Shown here one piece after another: positions 57,039-64,000 of a stretch of 64,000 nt of DNA; positions within the stretch are counted from its first letter, which is position 1, and every line of letters starts with the position of its first letter. Both the position numbers and the translations under genes were made by a program. The notes under the pieces were generated by a model that worked only from the letters and a program-made list of their open reading frames with translations, was not told where the DNA came from and did not search any database. The stretch is from a virus, in the IMG/VR virus record IMGVR_UViG_3300027973_000032, positions 1-64,000 of that record; one strand, written 5' to 3'.

Positions 57039-57515
57039 ATGGGTACTCGTAGCCGCATTGGTGTTAAGGTCAATGGTGTATACCTCAGCGTATATTGTCA
57101 TTGGGATGGTTATGCAGAACATAACGGTGCAATCCTTATGGCTCACTACAATGATCAGGCCCGGGTTGAAGAGCTTGTATGCATGGGCGATATGAGCACG
57201 CTAGGCAAAGACATTGGTGAGAAGCATGGCTTTAGCAGCCGTGACATGGATATCCCATACGAGAAGTTTGAAGAACTCTATGGCGATATGTGTACCTTTT
57301 ACGGACGTGATCGAGACGAAACTGATGTAGGCTTTAAGACTGCTGCCACTGTTAAAGACTTCCTTGACCAATGTGAAAGCTGTGGTGCTGAATACTACTA
57401 CATCTTCAACAATGGTGAATGGCTATATGGTAGCCTACATGAACGTGACGACGAGTACTATACGTTCGTTTCGTTGCGTACGGTATTTGCCAAGAAAGAA
57501 AGGGAAGCAGCATGA
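57039..57515 (+). CDS. Conserved phage hypothetical protein
   Basis: MGTRSRIG...SVYCHWDGY..HNG.IL..HY, YGRDR, EYYYIF. Confidence 0.8.
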   Translation: MGTRSRIGVKVNGVYLSVYCHWDGYAEHNGAILMAHYNDQARVEELVCMGDMSTLGKDIGEKHGFSSRDMDIPYEKFEELYGDMCTFYGRDRDETDVGFKTAATVKDFLDQCESCGAEYYYIFNNGEWLYGSLHERDDEYYTFVSLRTVFAKKEREAA

Positions 57516-57662
57516 ACTCAGCACAAACAGTAGAAGTCATTGTGCGTCTGTATATTGAAAAGGATGCAGACGTCAATGAAGTATTGCAAGAGATGGATTA
57601 CAGTTTCAAGTATCCAGGCATTCTAGCCACAGAGATTGTGGATGTGAACACAGAGATTTGAC

Positions 57663-57712
57663 TGTTGTACTCTTACAACAGAGTTGACAGGGCGTGGGGT
57701 AGGCTATATAAT
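57663..57712 (+). promoter_or_regulatory. Palindrome-promoter element
   Basis: TGTTGT-ACTCTT-ACAACA, 3 bp, TTGACA-17-TATAAT. Confidence 0.92.
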
Positions 57713-57745
57713 ATTGAAACTGTAACAAAGAGTTGGAGCAAATAG

Positions 57746-58621
57746 ATGCCTAAGATGATCACTATGGAGACCATGCAGTTAAAAAAAGCACCCGTTCGCA
57801 CAGAGAGCCTTGCACAAGAACCAAGTAAGAAGGTTCTCAAAGAGACTGATGACCAAATCAAAAGTCGTCTACGTGAACGTTTCCAAGTACTTGAAGACAT
57901 GACTCGTGCCGTAAAGAAAGGCCAAGTACGAGCAATGATTGTAAGTGGTCCACCTGGAGTGGGCAAGAGCTTTGGTGTTGAAGCTGTATTAAGTAAACAC
58001 GACACAATGGCCAATATCGCTGGCAATGAAAAGCTCAAAAAGTATGAAGTAGTCAAAGGTGCAATGAGTGCATTGGGTCTCTACAAGAAGCTGTTTGAGT
58101 TTAGTGGCACAAAGAATATCCTTGTGTTCGATGACTGTGATAGTGTATTGTTAGATGACTTGTCGCTGAACATTCTCAAAGCAGCATTGGACAGTGGCAA
58201 GAAGCGTATGATTCACTGGAATACGGAGAGTCATGCATTGAATAGAGATGGCATTCCAGACAGCTTTGAGTTTAAAGGTGGTGCAATCTTTATCACCAAT
58301 ATCAAGTTTGACAATGTAAAGAGTCGCAAACTGCGTGACCATTTAGAAGCATTGGAGAGCCGTTGCCATTATTTGGACCTGACCATTGACACTGATCGTG
58401 AGAAGATCTTACGTATTAGACAGATCATTGAAGATGGCATGTTAGATGAGTATGAGTTTGGTGATGATGGACGTGAAGCCGTTATTCACTTCATTGACAC
58501 TCACAAGACTGAATTGCGTGAGTTGTCATTGCGTATGGTATTAAAGATTGCAGATCTCAAAGCATCGTTCCCAGACCGTTGGGAGAATGTTGCAAAGATG
58601 ACTTGTATGCGTCGTAATTAA
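57746..58621 (+). CDS. AAA+ ATPase
   Basis: Walker A GPPGVGKS, Walker B LVFDDCD, sensor-1 FITN, Arg finger ALESRC. Confidence 0.9.
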   Translation: MPKMITMETMQLKKAPVRTESLAQEPSKKVLKETDDQIKSRLRERFQVLEDMTRAVKKGQVRAMIVSGPPGVGKSFGVEAVLSKHDTMANIAGNEKLKKYEVVKGAMSALGLYKKLFEFSGTKNILVFDDCDSVLLDDLSLNILKAALDSGKKRMIHWNTESHALNRDGIPDSFEFKGGAIFITNIKFDNVKSRKLRDHLEALESRCHYLDLTIDTDREKILRIRQIIEDGMLDEYEFGDDGREAVIHFIDTHKTELRELSLRMVLKIADLKASFPDRWENVAKMTCMRRN

Positions 58622-58627
58622 TTCCCG

Positions 58628-58686
58628 TCAAAAACTCGTCGCTCCCGAGTTTTTGAATCCCCCGTCGCTCCCGGGGGATTTTTTTT
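58628..58686 (+). terminator. Tandem hairpins with identical TCGCTCC loops, the second followed by T-run
   Basis: TCAAAAACTCG/CGAGTTTTTGA and ATCCCCCG/CGGGGGAT stems. Confidence 0.85.
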
Positions 58687-58736
58687 GGTTGCATAGAAAC
58701 AACACCATTGACTGAACTACTCAAAGGCACTATACT
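58687..58736 (+). promoter_or_regulatory. Palindrome-promoter element
   Basis: GGTTGC-ATAGAA-ACAACA, 3 bp, TTGACT-17-TATACT. Confidence 0.88.
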
Positions 58737-58742
58737 AAGAAC

Positions 58743-59012
58743 ATGGACAAAACGAAACTGGAGTACAAGATGGCACGTAAGCAAACCAACTACCTTTTGG
58801 AACTCATCGACAGCGGCATGCTCAGTGCTGATGACGTCGTTACTATGGCACTCAAGTACATGAGTGAAGACGAAGTCGCTGACATGATGCGGGTTAACGA
58901 CATCCTTGTTGAAGACGATGAAGAGTTTGGGGACGACGATGATCAGGCAGAAGAATGGCACGACAGCGTCAGCGAGTCACAAGAATGGCACGACTACGAC
59001 GAAGATTGTTGA
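58743..59012 (+). CDS. Acidic hypothetical protein (alternative start 58770)
   Basis: LKYMSEDEVADM motif, very acidic tail. Confidence 0.75.
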   Translation: MDKTKLEYKMARKQTNYLLELIDSGMLSADDVVTMALKYMSEDEVADMMRVNDILVEDDEEFGDDDDQAEEWHDSVSESQEWHDYDEDC

Positions 59013-59062
59013 TGTTGTAAGCATACAACGGGCTTGCTCAAAAGGCCCGTTGGAGTTATACT
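59013..59062 (+). promoter_or_regulatory. Palindrome-promoter element with -35 hairpin
   Basis: TGTTGT-AAGCAT-ACAACG, 3 bp, TTGCTC-17-TATACT. Confidence 0.9.
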
Positions 59063-59068
59063 AAGAGC

Positions 59069-59245
59069 ATGGACACACAGGAGCACAAGATGAAGACAGA
59101 CAAAGCACAACAGGCCGTAATCCAACTGCTTAAGAGCAAGTTGGCTCGGGAAGACGAAGCAACGGTAAAGGCTGCTTTCTTTAACGTGTTCAAAGACATT
59201 GATCAGAAGTTGGCTCGTGTACTGTGGCTGGAGGCAAAGGTATGA
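59069..59245 (+). CDS. 58-aa hypothetical protein (alternative start 59090)
   Basis: MDTQEHKMKTDKAQQAVIQLL... Confidence 0.6.
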   Translation: MDTQEHKMKTDKAQQAVIQLLKSKLAREDEATVKAAFFNVFKDIDQKLARVLWLEAKV

Positions 59246-59382
59246 CCGCACAAGAATTGATTGACTTGTTGACGAAGTTAGATCCCAATAAAGAGATACT
59301 GATCTATGATGGATCGTGGGATCAAAACAAGTCAATCAGCGAAGTAGAAGTTAACGAAGACGGCGACGTCGTTATTTGGTAA
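59242..59382 (+). CDS. 46-aa hypothetical protein
   Basis: ATGA overlap; MTAQELIDLLTKLDPNKEI. Confidence 0.6.
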   Translation: MTAQELIDLLTKLDPNKEILIYDGSWDQNKSISEVEVNEDGDVVIW

Positions 59383-59392
59383 GGAGAACATA

Positions 59393-59596
59393 ATGGCACG
59401 AATGAAAGAACTTTACGAAGATGTTAGGGAAATGTTCGAACAGGGCCTTAGCGATGCAGCCATTGCCTATGCCACTGGTCAACCCATTGAATTGATACAA
59501 GACTGCACGGCGCAGTTCATTGACGAAGATGAAGAAGGCTTTGACTTCGACCAAGTGGCTGCGGATGACTTTTCCTTCGACGAAATAGAGTATTAA
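59393..59596 (+). CDS. Acidic protein with HTH-like motif
   Basis: GLSDAAIAYATGQPIELI; AAGGAG SD. Confidence 0.65.
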   Translation: MARMKELYEDVREMFEQGLSDAAIAYATGQPIELIQDCTAQFIDEDEEGFDFDQVAADDFSFDEIEY

Positions 59597-59600
59597 AAAA

Positions 59601-59638
59601 ACAACAGGCTTGCTCAAACTGCCTGTTGATAGTATACT
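59601..59638 (+). promoter_or_regulatory. Half-site promoter element with -35 hairpin
   Basis: ACAACA, 3 bp, TTGCTC-17-TATACT. Confidence 0.85.
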
Positions 59639-59644
59639 AAGAAC

Positions 59645-59881
59645 ATGGCAACACAGGAGCACAAGATGGGGTACAAGGTGGTAGCAGACAAGTACCAAAT
59701 GGACATGATGCGTGAGAAATACGGCCCACGCAAAGGTCTGGAAGGTCCCTTCAACTTCAGTGGCCGTGTTCTTTACTACGATGTCCGAGAAGGCTCCTAC
59801 TACGACCCACGTACAGACTTCTACGTGGCTCAGGACGAAATGACGTCAATCCACAACCAACTACTGGACAAGATGCGATGA
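59645..59881 (+). CDS. Hypothetical protein
   Basis: GLEGPF..SGRVLYYD..EG.YYDP.TDFY. Confidence 0.75.
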   Translation: MATQEHKMGYKVVADKYQMDMMREKYGPRKGLEGPFNFSGRVLYYDVREGSYYDPRTDFYVAQDEMTSIHNQLLDKMR

Positions 59882-60117
59882 ACTGGAACAAAGAAGGCCA
59901 ACAGGTTGCTGGAGTGTACTTGGGTGCCTACACCGTCACTGGTGTGGTTCAAAGCAGCCGTGTCAAATACGGCGGCAAGGTCCAACACCGCGTCCTGCTA
60001 GACAAGCCCGTTATGGTGTTTGGCCGTGAGGCAGAGGAACTCCTGTTGGACGACGAAGAACTGTTCACCAAACCCCGTAAGGGCATGATGGATGTTGTAT
60101 TTGAACAACAGGCTTGA
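59878..60117 (+). CDS. Hypothetical protein
   Basis: ATGA overlap; G.V..SRVKYGG.VQH. Confidence 0.72.
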   Translation: MNWNKEGQQVAGVYLGAYTVTGVVQSSRVKYGGKVQHRVLLDKPVMVFGREAEELLLDDEELFTKPRKGMMDVVFEQQA

Positions 60118-60142
60118 CGATTTGAGCAGCCGACGTTATACT
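60093..60142 (+). promoter_or_regulatory. Palindrome-promoter element
   Basis: TGTTGT-ATTTGA-ACAACA, 3 bp, TTGACG-17-TATACT. Confidence 0.9.
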
Positions 60143-60171
60143 ATTGAAACAGTACAGCAAAGGAGCAACTA

Positions 60172-60396
60172 ATGTTCGCAGTAGTAGATACCAAAACAGA
60201 AGAACCCATTAAGACTTATAAGACATTTAAAGGCGCTGCCATTGCCATGCGAGCAATGAACAAGAAGGCAGGCTTTCCAATACGAATGACTCGTTGCTGG
60301 ACACGCGGACTGAGCTTGGAATGGTGCCGCACAATGAACGATGAATACGAATACGGTCCCTACGCTGTGGGCGGCCAAATCCATTACGTAGGTTAA
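60172..60396 (+). CDS. Hypothetical protein
   Basis: AAGGAG SD after the promoter. Confidence 0.7.
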   Translation: MFAVVDTKTEEPIKTYKTFKGAAIAMRAMNKKAGFPIRMTRCWTRGLSLEWCRTMNDEYEYGPYAVGGQIHYVG

Positions 60397-60406
60397 GGAG
60401 AATACA

Positions 60407-60895
60407 ATGCCTAATTGGTGTAATAATACTGTCACTATCAAACATAGTGACCCAAAGATGATTGCTCGTGTACGCGATGCCTTTGAACAAGAACGGCTGT
60501 GCAATGAGTTCCTTCCCAATCCCAATGGTGAATGGTCGTGGGAACACTCGGTGAACACTTGGGGAACCAAATGGGAAATTGCCGGAGAGATTGACAGCAT
60601 TGAAGACGGAGTAGTCCTCACCTTTGATAGTGCATGGGCTCCCCCAATTGGCCTATACGAAAAGCTCTACTCACTGGGCTATGAAGTCACTGCTCGTTAC
60701 TATGAACCAGGTATGGCCTTTGCCGGCACATACGAAGATGGTAGCGATGACTGCTACGACTACAGTGGCATGAATGCTGATGAGATTGAAAAGTACCTCC
60801 CAGAAGAACTGGACCAGTACTTTGGCATCAGCGAGACTGTGAGTCAGTGGGAAGAAGAAAACAACGAAGAAACGGTTGACAGCAACGACGATTGA
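60407..60895 (+). CDS. DUF1281/YubB ferredoxin-like domain protein
   Basis: MPNWCNN, WGTKW, FDSAWAPP, YYEPGM.FAG. Confidence 0.78.
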   Translation: MPNWCNNTVTIKHSDPKMIARVRDAFEQERLCNEFLPNPNGEWSWEHSVNTWGTKWEIAGEIDSIEDGVVLTFDSAWAPPIGLYEKLYSLGYEVTARYYEPGMAFAGTYEDGSDDCYDYSGMNADEIEKYLPEELDQYFGISETVSQWEEENNEETVDSNDD

Positions 60896-60943
60896 TGTTA
60901 CTATATTGATACTGCGAAAGCACGTACACACACTAAAAGGAAA

Positions 60944-61345
60944 TTGAAAATGGCTACTGATAAGACTTTTACCGTTGCAGGTGTATCCAAACACAAAGGC
61001 GAATACAAGGTTCGCTTTGCCAATGATGTTATGCGAGTTAAGGTACTGACTAAAGGCGGACACGAAGATATTCGTCTTGTTGAACTAGACGAACCCCTCT
61101 CCAAGCTTGATGCAGTTCTGGCAATTAAGAACATGACTGAGTTCGCAGACGTCAATGCACAGAATGCATTTTTGGAATACGTTGAACGTAATGTGCCAGC
61201 TGCCAAACCAGAAAGCACACCCTCTGCTACCAAAACCAAAGCAGTCGTTGCTAAGGCAAAGGTAAGTACAGTGACCCCACAAGTGCCTGCACTGAAAGGC
61301 ATGACCCCGTTGGGTTTTAAAGATGTAGAGGACGCACCGTTTTAA
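60944..61345 (+). CDS. Hypothetical protein
   Basis: FTVAGVS...KVRFAND..RVKVL.KGGH.DI.L; promoter TTGACA-17-TACTAT at 60876-60904. Confidence 0.75.
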   Translation: MKMATDKTFTVAGVSKHKGEYKVRFANDVMRVKVLTKGGHEDIRLVELDEPLSKLDAVLAIKNMTEFADVNAQNAFLEYVERNVPAAKPESTPSATKTKAVVAKAKVSTVTPQVPALKGMTPLGFKDVEDAPF

Positions 61346-61346
61346 T

Positions 61347-61535
61347 ATGAGCTGGGAAATGTACGAAGTCTGGGCCGTTGACCTCAACGGTCACGAGACA
61401 CTGATCGACACTACTAAAGACATCAAACGAGCAAGGCTACTGGCCAGAGAGTCGTTGGATGAAATCAATATAGAATGTATCATCTATAAAGAGACTGAGG
61501 ATGGTGAATTAGCATTGGTGGAAAGACTTCAGTGA
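61347..61535 (+). CDS. Hypothetical protein
   Basis: 62-aa ORF filling the gap before the tRNAs. Confidence 0.65.
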   Translation: MSWEMYEVWAVDLNGHETLIDTTKDIKRARLLARESLDEINIECIIYKETEDGELALVERLQ

Positions 61536-61541
61536 TGTACG

Positions 61542-61619
61542 GGGCCTCTAGCTCATGTTGGTTAGAGCAGTGGACTCATAATCCATTGGTGCCGAGTTCG
61601 ACTCTCGGGGGGCCCACCA
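61542..61619 (+). tRNA. tRNA with CAT anticodon, most like tRNA-Ile2 (lysidine type)
   Basis: Acceptor GGGCCTC/GGGGCCC, GACT-CAT-AATC anticodon arm, TTCG T-loop, encoded CCA; Ile2 versus Met is inferred from resemblance. Confidence 0.88.
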
Positions 61620-61623
61620 ATTA

Positions 61624-61708
61624 GCCCGGATGGTGAAATAGGTAGACACAAGAGACTTAAAATCTCTCGCCGAAAGGTGTGCCGGTTCGAGTCCGGCTCC
61701 GGGCACCA
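61624..61708 (+). tRNA. tRNA-Leu(TAA)
   Basis: GCCCGGA/TCCGGGC acceptor, AGAGA-CTTAAAA-TCTCT arm, long variable arm, CCA. Confidence 0.95.
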
Positions 61709-61711
61709 TAT

Positions 61712-61787
<76 letters not shown>

Positions 61788-61805
61788 TTGATATAACCAT
61801 GGGGG

Positions 61806-61855
61806 TGTTGTAAAAATACAACACTCTTGCTTTTTTTTACGAGCTGTGCTATAAT
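61806..61855 (+). promoter_or_regulatory. Palindrome-promoter element
   Basis: TGTTGT-AAAAAT-ACAACA, 3 bp, TTGCTT-17-TATAAT. Confidence 0.9.
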
Positions 61856-61892
61856 TTACACATACTAAATTAACACACAGAGAGTTCTAAAA

Positions 61893-62183
61893 ATGCAAAA
61901 GCTTACAGCTACACACATTACTAAAATTAATACCATTATGCTTGATACTATTAGCACGTACATTAAACAGTACAACATTGCTAATACTTACGATCCGCTC
62001 TTAATTACGGATACTTTGCATAACACTTATGCATTGCATAAGTTTAATAATACAAAAAACATACAAGAGTTGCATAACGCAATTATTGCACAAGACACCT
62101 TAGTACGCGAGTACTTTGTTAATGTACTTCGTTATATTGAAAATAACAATTTAATCCCTGCTAGCAAATTTTGCTGTAGTTAA
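61893..62183 (+). CDS. AT-rich hypothetical protein
   Basis: Follows promoter element; QDTLVRE motif. Confidence 0.7.
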   Translation: MQKLTATHITKINTIMLDTISTYIKQYNIANTYDPLLITDTLHNTYALHKFNNTKNIQELHNAIIAQDTLVREYFVNVLRYIENNNLIPASKFCCS

Positions 62184-62198
62184 AAACGATATAACAAG

Positions 62199-62268
62199 TG
62201 TTGCATAAAAACAACACTTGTTGTAATAAAACAACAGCATTGACAAAAACAGATCCAGACACTATAAT
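62199..62268 (+). promoter_or_regulatory. Double palindrome-promoter element
   Basis: Sites 62199-62216 and 62219-62236, 3 bp, TTGACA-17-TATAAT. Confidence 0.92.
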
Positions 62269-62304
62269 ATACACATACTTAGTTAACACAGAGAGAGAAA
62301 GAAA

Positions 62305-62553
62305 ATGGCTACAATGGCAAACGTATACAAACGTATTATTATTAACTGCTACGGCAAAATTTATGCACGAGGCGATGCAGGCTTAGACTACATGGATAGG
62401 CATGAGGCAATGCTTGCAGACGATTTAGATGTGCTAATGCAACATGTATATAACGATGAGTTAGATACTGTTAGCACAGATAAATTACGTGCGCTTGCAG
62501 ATGCATTGCAAGTCGTTGTCTACGACGCTGAGTTTGACTTAGAGTCTTTTTAA
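62305..62553 (+). CDS. Hypothetical protein
   Basis: Follows promoter element. Confidence 0.7.
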   Translation: MATMANVYKRIIINCYGKIYARGDAGLDYMDRHEAMLADDLDVLMQHVYNDELDTVSTDKLRALADALQVVVYDAEFDLESF

Positions 62554-62625
62554 TACAGGTACTATAATGCAAGGCCAATGGATTTGCGTCAATGGCAAAT
62601 GGATCTTTATTAGAGACAACGAACA

Positions 62626-62937
62626 ATGAATAAAGTTATTAGAGATGGATTTGTTGCAGTACTATACAGCCCAGGCTACGGCGCAGGTTGGTATACTTGG
62701 CATAACATTCCAGAACTCATATACGATCCAACTATAGTTGAAATGATTGAACAGGGTCGTCTCAACGACGTCGAAGCTTATTGCGAACTCACATACCCCT
62801 CCTTTACCAAATGCTATATGGGCGCATCTGATCTCGAGATCAGCTGGATTAAAGAAGGTCGCGTATTCCTTATAGAAGAATACGACGGCAACGAAAGCAT
62901 CCGCTTCAGAGAAGACATCCACTGGCTTGTTGCTTAA
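62626..62937 (+). CDS. Conserved phage hypothetical protein
   Basis: VAVLYSPGYGAGWYTW...IEEYDGNE. Confidence 0.8.
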   Translation: MNKVIRDGFVAVLYSPGYGAGWYTWHNIPELIYDPTIVEMIEQGRLNDVEAYCELTYPSFTKCYMGASDLEISWIKEGRVFLIEEYDGNESIRFREDIHWLVA

Positions 62938-62977
62938 CTACAACAGGGTAGACATAGGGCCCAACTGGCCGTATAAT
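62928..62977 (+). promoter_or_regulatory. Palindrome-promoter element
   Basis: TGTTGC-TTAACT-ACAACA, 3 bp, TAGACA-17-TATAAT. Confidence 0.9.
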
Positions 62978-62983
62978 TACTAC

Positions 62984-63385
62984 ATGGACAAAGCAAACAA
63001 GGAGCAGGCAATGAGCGAATACACTTACAAGAGCTGGGACGAGTACACTCCATTGGAGCAGGCTGCCATGACCTGGTGGGATATGTACAAGGACGCCTAC
63101 GGCGTTCGCCCACGTGGCACAGACACCAGCTCCTGGACACTGGAGAAGTTTGAGAGTGAATTCAAGTACCTCCAGGACGTGATCCACTGCAACGAACGCC
63201 AACGTGAACTGGACGAGGCCTTCAACATCAAACGGTTTGAAGAGCGCGTGGCCAAAGTCATTGAACTGGGTGCCAAAGACCGCGCAATGGCCCTGCGTTG
63301 GATCCACGAGGCTGAAGGCAGCAACGGCGACGACGAATACCTTTGCTTCTGCGTTGGCGTTCCATACGGCTATATTAAATCTTAA
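62984..63385 (+). CDS. Hypothetical protein (alternative start 63011)
   Basis: WDMYKDAYGVRPR, GAKDR..A.RW, GVPYGY. Confidence 0.78.
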   Translation: MDKANKEQAMSEYTYKSWDEYTPLEQAAMTWWDMYKDAYGVRPRGTDTSSWTLEKFESEFKYLQDVIHCNERQRELDEAFNIKRFEERVAKVIELGAKDRAMALRWIHEAEGSNGDDEYLCFCVGVPYGYIKS

Positions 63386-63406
63386 TCCTAAACTGAGGAC
63401 TACGCA

Positions 63407-63652
63407 ATGACTGCATCACAGAAACAACAGGCCTTCCAGGAAATCATTAGCTGGCTAATGTGGCGTAAAGACACTAGGAAATGTAAGTCTGTAACACGTA
63501 AGGCCATTGTATCCTATTACGAAGCTGTCAGTAAACAGATCACTGGCGTATTTGAAATAAAGGTACTAGAGGCTACCCATATGAACTCACTGGCGCAGGC
63601 CACAGGCGGCGTCTATGTCGTATCCAAGCACAAAGGCAGTATCAAATACTAG
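63407..63652 (+). CDS. Hypothetical protein
   Basis: GAGG SD. Confidence 0.6.
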   Translation: MTASQKQQAFQEIISWLMWRKDTRKCKSVTRKAIVSYYEAVSKQITGVFEIKVLEATHMNSLAQATGGVYVVSKHKGSIKY

Positions 63653-63702
63653 TGTTGTAATAGCACAACGGGCTAGACATCATAGCCCACCGATGCTATA
63701 CT
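63653..63702 (+). promoter_or_regulatory. Palindrome-promoter element
   Basis: TGTTGT-AATAGC-ACAACG, 3 bp, TAGACA-17-TATACT. Confidence 0.9.
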
Positions 63703-63730
63703 ATTGAAACTGTAACAAAGGAACAACGCA

Positions 63731-64000
63731 ATGACTACTACTGCTAACATCCCCGCACTCCACGTTGAAGCCTCACGTAAGGCAGCTGAGAAGGCACGTG
63801 AACTAAACGCTACACTGGGACAAGCTTGGCCCTGTGGCTTTGCTTGGGTTAACATCAGCGGCGTTAAGCTGAGCACTAGGCAAGGCAAGGAGTTTGCCAA
63901 GCTGGGCTTCCGTAAAGCATACGGCTACCCCAACACTGTACAACTGTGGAACCCCAGCGGACACCCTACACAGAACATGGACGTGAAGGAGATGGCTGCT
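63731..64000 (+). CDS. Hypothetical protein (partial; runs off right edge)
   Basis: MTTTANIP...CGFAWV...LWNPSG..TQNMDVKE. Confidence 0.75.
   Translation, partial: MTTTANIPALHVEASRKAAEKARELNATLGQAWPCGFAWVNISGVKLSTRQGKEFAKLGFRKAYGYPNTVQLWNPSGHPTQNMDVKEMAA

Overview
A 64-kb slice of a large lytic dsDNA phage (jumbo/T4-like myovirus style, standard genetic code, probable proteobacterial host). 1-40,200 is mostly minus-strand late/virion genes: three modular tail-fibre proteins (one of 2,832 aa), a beta-helix tail protein, a collagen-like fibre and putative head-internal proteins. These are interleaved with nrdA/nrdB/glutaredoxin, a PD-(D/E)XK nuclease, a nucleotidyltransferase and host-like genes (ALA synthase, hemF, Dps, YbaN, YqgE, HldD-like epimerase, radical SAM). 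40,200-53,000 is plus-strand small genes with three tandem paralog expansions. At about 52,900-54,450 lies a mostly non-coding locus with two repeat arrays, leftward promoters and a C/A-to-G/T skew flip (candidate origin). 54,400-64,000 is an array of 1-3-gene cassettes plus three tRNAs. Most cassettes are headed by the same element: an 18-bp TGTTGY-N6-RCAACR palindrome, 3 bp, then a sigma70 -35/17 bp/-10 promoter, often with the -35 inside an 11-nt hairpin loop. Strongest leads: the promoter-cassette system, the candidate origin, an A11 frameshift fusion, a heme/iron gene set, and apparently widespread leaderless translation. All product calls come from motif recognition by eye; no searches were run.
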